Shown here in pieces: positions 7,377-15,358 of a stretch of DNA of 19,945 nt (positions are counted from its first letter, which is position 1; each line of letters opens with the position of its first letter). This DNA is from a virus (Duplodnaviria > Heunggongvirae > Uroviricota > Caudoviricetes): IMG/VR virus record IMGVR_UViG_2671180417_000021, one strand, 5' to 3'. Made by a program: the position numbers and the translations under genes. The notes under the pieces are model-generated. The model was not told the DNA's origin. It did not search any database and saw only the letters and a program-made list of their open reading frames with translations.

Positions 7377-7772
7377 TTACCGAGTTGCTAATTTGCAACT
7401 CGCTTTTTCGTACTTACTGATAGTGATCTCGACCTTCCCCTCCGGGATAACCGGTCCCCACTCCACCAGCATTCTTTTCACCTGTCTGTCGTCTTCCCAC
7501 ACACCCGCGTGGGTCAGGGCGTCAAACAGCGCCTTGTTATAGTTGTCCAGATCGCGGATCCGGTTATCCGGAGGAAACAACACGATCTCCACTGAAGCAG
7601 GTGCCGACGTTGGTTTCGGCAGACGACGTAACTGCTCAACTATTGCTGCACACGCCGCGCTCTGGAATTTTCGCCCCGCCGCGCTTATCAGGCTCTTACC
7701 AGCAAACGCCCCTTTGTTGGGGTGTCGCCAGTACGTGTTCACGCTGGGCGGAAAAGGCAGTATTAGCTTCAT
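7377..7772 (-). CDS. rusA: Holliday-junction resolvase RusA
   Basis: 131 aa. PFPPSVNTYW and RDLDNYNKALFDALTHAGVWEDDRQV match the RusA pattern (E. coli RusA: PWPPSNNRYY...[27 protein letters not shown]). ATG overlaps the upstream stop (ATGA). Confidence 0.85.
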   Translation of the reverse strand: MKLILPFPPSVNTYWRHPNKGAFAGKSLISAAGRKFQSAACAAIVEQLRRLPKPTSAPASVEIVLFPPDNRIRDLDNYNKALFDALTHAGVWEDDRQVKRMLVEWGPVIPEGKVEITISKYEKASCKLATR

Positions 7773-8095
7773 ACTTTCAGGCCCCTCTCATGTAACCAGT
7801 GGGCTGCACGCAGCCTGGCGTTTGCCTCACCGGCAAGCAGGGCGCGGATAATCCCGACCGCCTCGCTGTCGTCGTCCTTCACCGCGGTATGAAGAGTGAT
7901 ACCCCGGGCCACGCCACGCTTTATCGTGATGACACCTTTTTTCTCCAGTGCGCGAAGATGCTCCACCGCTGCATTCACCGAACGGTATCCCAGCATGGTT
8001 GCCACCTCCTGATTGGTTGGCGGGAAGCCACGTTCTTTCTGATAAGAAATCAGCATATCCAGCACCTGCTGCTGGCATTGAGTTAATGTCGTCAT
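7769..8095 (-). CDS. LexA-N-terminal-type winged-helix DNA-binding protein (no peptidase domain)
   Basis: 108 aa. LTQCQQQVLDMLISYQKERGFPPTNQEVATMLGYRSVNAAVEHLRALEKKGVI parallels the LexA N-terminus ([53 protein letters not shown]). Confidence 0.6.
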   Translation of the reverse strand: MTTLTQCQQQVLDMLISYQKERGFPPTNQEVATMLGYRSVNAAVEHLRALEKKGVITIKRGVARGITLHTAVKDDDSEAVGIIRALLAGEANARLRAAHWLHERGLKV

Positions 8096-8745
8096 GCCGC
8101 CATCTCCCTGACCAGTTTTTCCGCCTGCTGGCGAACCTGCGCCAGAAACGCCTCACCACATGCCTCAAGTTCATCGCGCCCGATGTAGCTGATTGCCGCT
8201 CCCTTCCAGGTCTTGTCGAAAACAGCAATAGCACCAGCGAAGAAAGCACCTGTTGGCACCTGCTTTTCGTCTTTCGGGATAAACCAGGCTGGCAGTTCAA
8301 AACCAATACGCCCGCGAATAAAAGCAATATGATCTGCATCTTCCGGCCACCACACTTCGCTGGTGGCCGCTTTGATCAGGAAAACATAGCGCCCGCCCTT
8401 ATCACGCATGGCACTGGCATGTTTCATGATGTAACGCATGCCGGTGATGTATTGCCCCTCATGCTGACTGGCGCGGCTGTATGGGGGATTACCAAAGGCA
8501 GCACCTTTAAGCTCCGCAAGACGTTCTGACCAGTCATGCGCCAGCGCGTTGTCTTCCGCCGTGTAATACGCGGCACATTTGGCGTTATCACCGTCAGTGA
8601 ACAGATCCAGAACAAACGGACCAAACAAGGTGTTAATTCCCCAGAAAATGTTGTCCGGCGTGCGCCACTGATCGCCCACTTCCTTCAGTTCATGGGCTGG
8701 TTTGTTCCGCAGTTCTACCAGCGCCTGGCAATATTTATTACTCAT
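8092..8745 (-). CDS. dam: Phage Dam-like N6-adenine DNA methyltransferase (NPPY motif)
   Basis: ORF 8092..8790 trimmed to ATG at 8745 (MSNKYCQALVEL...). GNPPYS motif present. Start overlaps the stop of a 30-codon upstream mini-ORF (TAATG). Confidence 0.75.
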   Translation of the reverse strand: MSNKYCQALVELRNKPAHELKEVGDQWRTPDNIFWGINTLFGPFVLDLFTDGDNAKCAAYYTAEDNALAHDWSERLAELKGAAFGNPPYSRASQHEGQYITGMRYIMKHASAMRDKGGRYVFLIKAATSEVWWPEDADHIAFIRGRIGFELPAWFIPKDEKQVPTGAFFAGAIAVFDKTWKGAAISYIGRDELEACGEAFLAQVRQQAEKLVREMAA

Positions 8746-8839
8746 TAAGCCCCCACGTAAAAAGCATCCGCAATGTCTCCGGAAGTACACCCCGGATGGG
8801 CTTCAATGAATTTCTGAACTTCATTCAAAAGACTCATGA

Positions 8840-9835
8840 TCACCCCCTGAATCCTTCCGGGATCTGGCTGTAGTCCACGTTGTCGTAACTGGCTTTGAAG
8901 TACGGGTCCTCGCGTCTGGCTGCAGATACCGCAGGAACTTCCCAGGATTCTTCGAAATGACGATCCGGACCAAAGAACGTCGACGCCTGCTTCACGAACT
9001 GGGTACCGGTATTTCCAGAGACACGCACCCAGGCGGCATAGCGTTTCACACCGTCGAGCATGGTTTCGGGTGTCACACCTTCCCTGATTCGGGCTTTCCA
9101 GGCTTTAAAAGCGGCGGATTTTGAATTACCACCAGCACGTTTGGGATATTCCTGCCAGGCCTGTTCAAATTCCGGTGAATATTCCTGTCTGGCAGAACGC
9201 GCTGGTGCAGACGCGTCAGCGGATGCGCCAATAGTGTTTTTAGCCTCCGTTGTAATCTCTGTAGTAATCTCTGTAGTAATCTCTGTATTTGTATCAACAT
9301 TCGGCGTATCCCCTGTTCCGTTATGACGTCGGGGGGTGTTCCGTTTTAACGTAATAGCTGTATCGCTGATTGCATTATTGCTGTTACTTTCTGGCGAAAC
9401 AGAAGAAGGTGTGGTGATGGCCGCAATTGCCTGTGGGTTGATCCCGACAAACAAAATATTGCTGCATTTCACCCCATCGAGCATTTCCACCGTGCGTAAA
9501 TCCAGAGTAATAAACCCTGCATCGCGCAGACGCTTCAGCGCATCTGCGGTTTCCCTTTTCCCGAAACCAAACTGCTCAGCAAACGCCTGGTAGCTTCTTT
9601 GCAGTTTGTCGCCCTGAAAACGCTTGCGATATCCCAGCAACGCTCCGGTGTGCTCATCCCTGACCTCTGTCGGGCGGTACCAGTAAACGATCTCTGAAAG
9701 CAGAGCGATAGCCGTCGCATCCGGACGCCCACTGGGTAGTCGAATATATTTCCACCAGGTCGCAGGTGTAACATTGCCGGAAATATTAATTTGACCAATA
9801 GCCATAACTTCCGGTGTGGGGGCGTAACGGCTCAT
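8840..9835 (-). CDS. Replication initiator / replisome organiser (lambda O-like architecture: N-terminal DNA-binding domain, repeat-encoded linker, C-terminal domain)
   Basis: 331 aa, GGAGG 5 nt upstream of ATG 9835. Internal TEITTEITTEITTE linker is encoded by tandem 12-bp repeats, the arrangement seen for ori-lambda inside gene O. Confidence 0.65.
   Translation of the reverse strand: MSRYAPTPEVMAIGQINISGNVTPATWWKYIRLPSGRPDATAIALLSEIVYWYRPTEVRDEHTGALLGYRKRFQGDKLQRSYQAFAEQFGFGKRETADALKRLRDAGFITLDLRTVEMLDGVKCSNILFVGINPQAIAAITTPSSVSPESNSNNAISDTAITLKRNTPRRHNGTGDTPNVDTNTEITTEITTEITTEAKNTIGASADASAPARSARQEYSPEFEQAWQEYPKRAGGNSKSAAFKAWKARIREGVTPETMLDGVKRYAAWVRVSGNTGTQFVKQASTFFGPDRHFEESWEVPAVSAARREDPYFKASYDNVDYSQIPEGFRG
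9249..9284. repeat. Three tandem 12-bp direct repeats (GTAGTAATCTCT; the first copy is variant) inside the initiator gene: candidate iterons / replication origin
   Basis: Read directly at 9249-9260, 9261-9272 and 9273-9284, with a partial fourth unit following. Confidence 0.55.
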
Positions 9836-10131
9836 ACAACCTCCTTCCGCAGCATGAGAATTGTGTAGCCACGCGCAGGTTGTAGTCTGGCTTTTGCATC
9901 AATAGTAAGCGTTGCAATTTTTCGGATATGAAGATAACCAGCTCTTTCCAGTGCCAGGGTTTCCCTGAATATCGCTTGCTTAGAACAACAGCAGAAATCA
10001 GCAAGCACCTGATGATCAATAACTCTCTCGCCTTCACCGTCTGAAGAACCCGACATCAAAACACGCAACATAATCAGGCGCTGAATCGGGTTATCGAAAG
10101 CACATCCGCACACAAACTGAAAACAGTTCAC
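9832..10131 (-). CDS. Hypothetical protein (99 aa), translationally coupled upstream of the replication initiator
   Basis: GTG start at 10131 with GGAGG 7 nt upstream. Stop overlaps the initiator ATG. No family recognised. Confidence 0.45.
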   Translation of the reverse strand: MNCFQFVCGCAFDNPIQRLIMLRVLMSGSSDGEGERVIDHQVLADFCCCSKQAIFRETLALERAGYLHIRKIATLTIDAKARLQPARGYTILMLRKEVV

Positions 10132-10352
10132 GCCACACCTCCCAGACGCTTAAACATTTTTCCGGAGCAAAAGGCTATAAGCGGCATACTGACGCGGTAA
10201 TTACGGCCCAGCGGTTCACAAACCACCTTCTGACATTCACGGTCAACCAGGCTAACACGTAGAACATGCCCAGCAGGCGTGGTGTACCACTGACCCGGAC
10301 GAGGACAACGGAAAGTATGATTGGTAAACCGTTTGAAAATATTCCGGATCAT
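10128..10352 (-). CDS. Hypothetical protein (74 aa)
   Basis: ATG at 10352 overlaps the Rha stop (ATGA); stop overlaps the next start. No family recognised. Confidence 0.4.
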   Translation of the reverse strand: MIRNIFKRFTNHTFRCPRPGQWYTTPAGHVLRVSLVDRECQKVVCEPLGRNYRVSMPLIAFCSGKMFKRLGGVA

Positions 10353-11317
10353 TTGCGCCCCCTTACCTCTGAAGGGTTCAGCGACAAATTTATGAGACTG
10401 GCCAGCGCCGAAGCATCATTAATATAGTCATATAAGCTAACAGCCAGCGGAGATTCGGCTTTTGCCAACATAGGATAAAGCTGCTGCAGCCAGACCTGAT
10501 GAATTGATGAAATGTAGGAACAGAGAACGCTGGCGTTATGTGCAACGTCGCTCGGTACAGCGGGCTTTGAAAGCTGTTTCTCCATCTGGTTAAAGGCATT
10601 TATGTATGCCTCTTTGAACCGGGCAGCACGTTTACCCGTGAAACCCATAGCAAGAAACGCAAAACCGTCTCGTGTGATTTGATAGCAAGGGAGCTTGCGT
10701 GTACCACCGTTCGGTTGATTTACCGAAATCGATGTCTCCGCAAAATTGCGGGCACAAAACTCTGGGGAACAATCCAGAGTGCGGATCTTTTTCAGCACAT
10801 CGTCGTGACGCTTGGAGAAGAAGTTGGCAACAGCCAAAGAAGTGGTAACGGCCTGGCCGTTGTCAATGGTGATTTCAGGTTGAGTGAGGGCTGGGATCGT
10901 AGCCATGATGGCAGCCTCCGTTGACAGTGAAAAACTTCCACCACCGGAAACGCCAATTTCACTGGTGGTGAACTGGACGGGGTTGGCGTAACCGGCGTCA
11001 ACGGAGACCGGCGCACCTTTCGGTGCCCCCGCCCAGCCCACCATAATCTGGATGTGAGCAAATGCGGACGATAAAAAAGACGCTGGCGCGTCATACATCG
11101 CCGTTGACAATTTCAGGACGCCAATCCCGGCACCCGCTTTATAAGGTGCCTGAGCAGTGTAACGTCCCGGAATTGCAGAATCAATATGCTGGTGGTCCTT
11201 CACACTCAACAAAATCACGCCTGAATTTCCACAAAGGACTAAAGCACTCATGCGGGTAGTCTTTGCGAAGATAGATAACGCGCTGTGTTTCTGGCTCCCA
11301 ACGAATAACATGGACAT
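10349..11317 (-). CDS. rha: Rha-family phage regulatory protein; start uncertain (first ATG 11317, or internal ATG 10906 giving a 185-aa Rha-only product)
   Basis: Rha-type signature in AVTTSLAVANFFSKRHDDVLKKIRTLD...YQITRDGFAFLAMGFTGKRAARFKEAYINAFNQME. Strong GGAGG 8 nt upstream of the internal ATG at 10906. The frame is open a further ~150 codons upstream; the track's start at 11362 is a TTG. Confidence 0.6.
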   Translation of the reverse strand: MSMLFVGSQKHSALSIFAKTTRMSALVLCGNSGVILLSVKDHQHIDSAIPGRYTAQAPYKAGAGIGVLKLSTAMYDAPASFLSSAFAHIQIMVGWAGAPKGAPVSVDAGYANPVQFTTSEIGVSGGGSFSLSTEAAIMATIPALTQPEITIDNGQAVTTSLAVANFFSKRHDDVLKKIRTLDCSPEFCARNFAETSISVNQPNGGTRKLPCYQITRDGFAFLAMGFTGKRAARFKEAYINAFNQMEKQLSKPAVPSDVAHNASVLCSYISSIHQVWLQQLYPMLAKAESPLAVSLYDYINDASALASLINLSLNPSEVRGRK

Positions 11318-11504
11318 AAAGCCCTCTTCCGTCACGAAACCAGCGGTTAAGTTCCTGCACAACTCGCCCCCACAGTCAGGTAAAGTTCTCTGTGGTTACT
11401 TACAGCCAGGTGATTTGGTAATCTGCATTCATGCCGTAACAACAGGTGTTCAGCGACGCTGACCACCAGCTGTTGCGACAAACGGTTATTTGCCGTTAAA
11501 CTAT

Positions 11505-12062
11505 TCATGCGTTAGTTTCTCCACAACCAGAAGCAATCGACGCCACGACGCCCGGAGCTGCACACTCGCGGGCGTTACTATTTTCTGGAGCGCAGAAGAT
11601 TTTGTAGACCAGTGCTGCATGCTCCTGGAGCTTCGAAATTGAAAGATACAGTTCGTCGTTAATTGCTGTCTTCTCATGCGGTTCCACTACACCGTCTTCG
11701 ATTGCTGAACGAATCTGTTTTGAATAACTGCCGATCTGTTCAATGACTTCCAGTAAACGCTGGTTAATATCGGCATTGTCCACATCCTCGACGTCAGGAA
11801 GAGACACAAAGACGCCATTTGCAGACTGCGCCACAGCGTCAGCAATGAAGTGAGTGCCACCAGCACGTTGTAAAATCATTGCCCATCCCAGCGGGAAAAT
11901 CTGATCGCCATCGGCACGAAGGCGGTTAAATAATGCGTTCTCTGTTACATCCAGCCACTCAGCAGCTTCAGCGTAACCCTCCGGCAACGCCGCGATAGTT
12001 TTTCTGACAGCTTTCACGTACCACTCAGGCTGTTTTTCCACTTTCCAGTTATGATTACCCAC
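11505..12062 (-). CDS. cII: CII-type regulatory protein (phage 186 CII / CP76-like)
   Basis: 185 aa, GTG start at 12062 with GGAGG 7 nt upstream, overlapping the cro stop. Sits immediately downstream of cro. AEWLDVTENALFNRLRADGDQIFPLGW resembles my recollection of 186 CII. Tentative. Confidence 0.5.
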   Translation of the reverse strand: MGNHNWKVEKQPEWYVKAVRKTIAALPEGYAEAAEWLDVTENALFNRLRADGDQIFPLGWAMILQRAGGTHFIADAVAQSANGVFVSLPDVEDVDNADINQRLLEVIEQIGSYSKQIRSAIEDGVVEPHEKTAINDELYLSISKLQEHAALVYKIFCAPENSNARECAAPGVVASIASGCGETNA

Positions 12063-12315
12063 GGCTTACCTCCTGTTCCTGTGGTTTAAACCCATTCTGG
12101 TTTTGGCTAGATTGAAAACGTGCCGGATAAAGAATCTGCATTTCGCTGATTTCACCCTTAAAAAAATTGGCCAGACGTTCTGCAAGATCGATAGATGGAA
12201 TTTGTTCCAGTCTTTCAATACGACTCAGCGTCGCTGGATTGACCTGAACGCCAGCAGCAACATGCTGCAAAGCAAATCCGTGCGTCTTACGCACATTCCG
12301 TGATGGTGATTGCAT
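12055..12315 (-). CDS. cro: Cro-like XRE-family HTH repressor
   Basis: ORF 12055..12330 trimmed to ATG at 12315 (GGAGG upstream). HTH segment GVQVNPATLSRIERLEQIPSIDLAERLANFF. Divergent from cI. Confidence 0.7.
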   Translation of the reverse strand: MQSPSRNVRKTHGFALQHVAAGVQVNPATLSRIERLEQIPSIDLAERLANFFKGEISEMQILYPARFQSSQNQNGFKPQEQEVSRG

Positions 12316-12412
12316 ATTACCTCCACACATTGCGTGATGAGCATATTATTTCACGCAAATATTTTGCGCAAGTTGACTTGCTTAACGCGCAATAAAGAAA
12401 TGTAATAAACGC
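12316..12412. promoter_or_regulatory. Divergent cI/cro promoter-operator region (OR-like)
   Basis: Inverted repeat TTGCGTGA-N13-TCACGCAA (12330-12358) and palindrome TTGCGCAA (12364-12371). Candidate PR on the minus strand: -35 TTGCGC, 17-nt spacer, -10 TAATAT. TTGACT at 12373-12378 on the plus strand. Confidence 0.6.
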
Positions 12413-13105
12413 ATGAACATAGGAAACCGAGTCAGACAACTTCGCCAGGCGAAGAACATGAAAATCGCCGATCTCGCTGAAGCAATAGGAGTGGATGCGG
12501 CGAATATCTCACGCCTGGAAACAGGTAAGCAGAAACAATTCACTGAACAAGCCCTGAGTAATATTGCCAGGAGCTTAGGTGTTGATATTGCTGATCTCTT
12601 TACCTCAGACGTCAAAAGTAATACTGTATTTAAAAACAGTATTAGTGAGGATGTTGCGCAGGTGAAGGATGTATTCCGTATTGAAATGCTGGATGTCAGT
12701 GCCAGTGCGGGAAATGGCCTTATCCAGGGCGGTGATGTCATTGATGTGATTCATGCCATTGAATACAGAACTGATAATGCTGTATCGATGTTTGGCGGAC
12801 GGCCAGCCAATCACATTAAAGTTATCAACGTTCGTGGGGACAGTATGTGTTCAACCATTGAGCCAGGAGATCTCATCTTCGTTGATGTCAGTATCAATCA
12901 GTTTGATGGAGATGGTATCTATGTATTTGGTTTTGATGATAAAATTTATGTCAAACGACTGCAAATGATACCTGACAAACTACTGGTGATTTCTGATAAC
13001 CAGATTTACCGTGAATGGGGAATTACCAGCGAAAATGAACACCGGTTTATGGTCTTTGGAAAGGTCTTAATCAGCCAGTCACAAACCCTTAAGCGACACA
13101 ATTAA
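12413..13105 (+). CDS. cI: CI-type prophage repressor (N-terminal HTH plus C-terminal S24 LexA-like autopeptidase domain)
   Basis: 230 aa. N-terminal HTH (VRQLRQAKNMKIADLAEAIGVDAANISRLETG); C-terminal GDSM (catalytic Ser) with downstream KR. Confidence 0.9.
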   Translation: MNIGNRVRQLRQAKNMKIADLAEAIGVDAANISRLETGKQKQFTEQALSNIARSLGVDIADLFTSDVKSNTVFKNSISEDVAQVKDVFRIEMLDVSASAGNGLIQGGDVIDVIHAIEYRTDNAVSMFGGRPANHIKVINVRGDSMCSTIEPGDLIFVDVSINQFDGDGIYVFGFDDKIYVKRLQMIPDKLLVISDNQIYREWGITSENEHRFMVFGKVLISQSQTLKRHN

Positions 13106-13125
13106 CCCTTACCTCCTCATCAATT

Positions 13126-13147
13126 AGCCACCCAAAGGTGGCTTTTC
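13126..13147 (+). terminator. Terminator-like hairpin after cI
   Basis: AGCCACC-CAAA-GGTGGCT followed by TTTC, 20 nt after the cI stop. Confidence 0.45.
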
Positions 13148-13644
13148 ATCACCCTTTAAATTGCATATCTCGCAATAAAAATACTTGCATAATGCACAAC
13201 TTCATTTTATCTTTCTTTCCAGACAAACAAACAAGGTACTAACAAAATTTGGTTGTAACACGGCGTATGGCACATGCGTCGTTAGCGGTCTGGGGACGTT
13301 AAAGGGGACAATCCACTCCTTGCTCGAGCAAACAAACCAGGTAGCCGGAATGTGCAAGTCAATGATGATGCTGATAAGACGCCTAACCAGCGTGGCGGTT
13401 CGGTTTGACACCTGGGAAGAGACCAGGGTGCAACGATGAGGGCATTTATGGAACCGCGACAAAGTGTGGTGCCGTAACTGGCTAAGTGCTCTCAGCGTTG
13501 TGGTGAATGCGCAGGCTGATGCGCGAAAGACATTGCAGCTATTGCGGAAAAGAGCTGTTCGGCGGGGCAATTAAACGCCCGTGAGAGTCTGAAATAACCG
13601 CAAGCCGGAGATCAGCACCGGTCACCACAACAGCCACTGCTTTG

Positions 13645-13690
13645 GCGGTACCAGTTTGTACACTTGCTTCCGGCTGGTACCGCTCTTTTT
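13645..13690 (+). terminator. Rho-independent terminator-like hairpin (10-bp stem) whose U-tract merges into a boxA-like sequence
   Basis: GCGGTACCAG-N19-CTGGTACCGC followed by TCTTTTT. The sequence CGCTCTTTTTACAA at 13681-13694 resembles boxA (GCTCTTTAACAA). Confidence 0.5.
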
Positions 13691-13780
13691 ACAAAACAGA
13701 GAAGAGCATCACCGGACGACGGGCTCATAACCCAATCCACCCGGGCGGCTGCCACCGCAGGTGTTCTTCTCTGTTTTGTG
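13691..13780. other. Long inverted repeat (15-bp arms ACAAAACAGAGAAGA / TCTTCTCTGTTTTGT around a ~60-nt GC-rich spacer), ~35 nt upstream of the rdgC-like start
   Basis: Read directly: arms at 13691-13705 and 13766-13780. Confidence 0.5.
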
Positions 13781-13813
13781 GAGAAACTAATATCTTGTGC
13801 AGAGGAAAATAGA

Positions 13814-14731
13814 ATGAAATTACCAAAATTTCGTAACGCAATTGTGTACCGAGCAACATTACCTAGTATACAGGCTATTGAAGGTCATCTTCTCGAACTC
13901 CCTTATTCTGAAATCGGGGAAACAGAATTTTCACGGTCCTCTTTTGTAGAGAATCCTGTCACTGGTGAACTGGTAACTCCGATATCTGGTGGGTACGCAA
14001 TGGTAATCCGTCATGATCAGAAAATAATTCCCCGACATGTCGTCATGAAAGAAGCTAATTCTCGAATCCAAACAATCGAAAATATGTCCGGGAATAAATT
14101 AAAGCGTGCCGAACGACTGGCCATTATTGATAACGTACGAGTAGATCTATGCAAACAGGCATTTGTTAAGTCTACGCTGATTCTTGCATTGTACAGCACT
14201 GATGAGAAATTATTGGTAATCAACACAACCAATAAAATAATAGCCGGTATGGTATGCGCAATGCTGATTAAGGTTGTCGGTTCAGTGAAAACAGAAACAA
14301 TCAACATCAGTGATATCAAGAATGGACTGACTACACGCCTGAATAACTACATCAATGGTGCAGCCAATGCATTTGAAGGATTCACTGTCGGAAATTATAT
14401 TCAGCTATCACGCTACGCAGATCAAAAGGAAATTATTCGCTACTCAGCTGAGCATGAGTCAATTCAAAGCGAACTGGCCGATAGTCTTAGTAGTAGTTTC
14501 ACTGCTGATAAAATGGAGTTATCCGGTTGCGGTGTGACCTTCATTCTTACCGAAAATTTCCATTTTTCGCGCATCAATACTCAATCTCAGACATTTAATG
14601 ATGAAGATGATAAAGCATTCCAGTGGCGTCATCAGACTGGCGCTGACCTTTTCCAATTCAGCAAGGTAGTTAATTTGATGTGTGACCTTCTTTCTTACAA
14701 AGAAGATAAAAGCCAAAATCCAACAACTTAA
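13814..14731 (+). CDS. rdgC: RdgC-like recombination-associated protein
   Basis: ORF 13664..14731 trimmed to ATG at 13814 (AGAGGA upstream; the upstream part of the ORF overlaps the terminator). N-terminus MKLPKFRNAIVYR parallels RdgC MLWFKNLMVYR, with similar length and later motifs. AT-rich. Confidence 0.55.
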   Translation: MKLPKFRNAIVYRATLPSIQAIEGHLLELPYSEIGETEFSRSSFVENPVTGELVTPISGGYAMVIRHDQKIIPRHVVMKEANSRIQTIENMSGNKLKRAERLAIIDNVRVDLCKQAFVKSTLILALYSTDEKLLVINTTNKIIAGMVCAMLIKVVGSVKTETINISDIKNGLTTRLNNYINGAANAFEGFTVGNYIQLSRYADQKEIIRYSAEHESIQSELADSLSSSFTADKMELSGCGVTFILTENFHFSRINTQSQTFNDEDDKAFQWRHQTGADLFQFSKVVNLMCDLLSYKEDKSQNPTT

Positions 14732-14821
14732 AAAAATTGCAGCAATCATCCCATGTCAAATGGGCTGGATTGCTGCAATCAAAATTCAGAGCGGTGCAGC
14801 GCATATAACGTGGAGAACAAA

Positions 14822-15358
14822 ATGTCATTTATTAAAACTTTTTCCGGGAAGCATTTTTATTATGACAAGATAAATAAAGACGACATCGTGATTAACGATA
14901 TCGCGGTTTCCCTTTCAAATATCTGCCGCTTTGCCGGTCATCTTTCTCACTTCTACAGTGTCGCCCAACATGCGGTGCTTTGCAGCCAGCTGGTGCCGCA
15001 GGAATTTGCTTTTGAAGCGTTAATGCATGATGCAACAGAAGCGTATTGCCAGGATATTCCCGCTCCACTGAAACGCCTTCTTCCTGACTATAAACGGATG
15101 GAAGAAAAAATAGACGCCGTAATCCGTGAGAAATACGGGTTACCCCCGGTTATGAGCACGCCTGTGAAATATGCCGATCTCATCATGCTGGCAACCGAAC
15201 GCCGCGATCTCGGGCTTGATGATGGCTCTTTCTGGCCAGTACTGGAAGGTATCCCGGCAACAGAAATGTTCAAAGTTATTCCACTGGCTCCGAGCCATGC
15301 CTACGGGATGTTTATGGAGCGCTTTAACGAGTTATCGGAGTTACGCACATGCGCATGA
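14822..15358 (+). CDS. HD-domain phosphohydrolase
   Basis: ORF 14753..15358 trimmed to ATG at 14822 (GGAGAA upstream). His...His-Asp signature GHLSHFYSVAQH ... ALMHDATEAYCQDIPAPLK. Confidence 0.65.
   Translation: MSFIKTFSGKHFYYDKINKDDIVINDIAVSLSNICRFAGHLSHFYSVAQHAVLCSQLVPQEFAFEALMHDATEAYCQDIPAPLKRLLPDYKRMEEKIDAVIREKYGLPPVMSTPVKYADLIMLATERRDLGLDDGSFWPVLEGIPATEMFKVIPLAPSHAYGMFMERFNELSELRTCA

Noticed and set aside
7381-7408. Plus-strand terminator-like hairpin (CGAGTTGC-N6-GCAACTCG followed by CTTTTT) inside the 3' end of rusA
   Set aside because: It lies within coding sequence and is antisense to the operon, with no plus-strand gene upstream to terminate. Probably a coincidental palindrome.
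7799-8624. ORFs 7799..8086 (+), 7827..8339 (-), 7948..8529 (+), 8424..8624 (-), 8536..8748 (+)
   Set aside because: Alternative-frame or antisense ORFs inside the Dam and LexA-like genes. Compositionally biased (Arg/Pro/Gly-rich) and lacking start contexts.
9249-9295. Possible CRISPR array
   Set aside because: Only three to four contiguous 12-bp repeats with no spacers, lying inside a coding sequence. Iterons are the better explanation.
10792-11462. ORFs 10792..11094 (-), 11062..11259 (+), 11250..11462 (+) as independent genes upstream of Rha
   Set aside because: Low-complexity translations (Pro/Ser/Arg-rich) without ribosome-binding sites. The Rha-frame extension has far better coding character.
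13185-13570. ORFs 13185..13439 (+) and 13202..13570 (-) as possible N or rex genes
   Set aside because: No Shine-Dalgarno, no arginine-rich N-like motif, and implausible composition. Treated as untranslated structured sequence.
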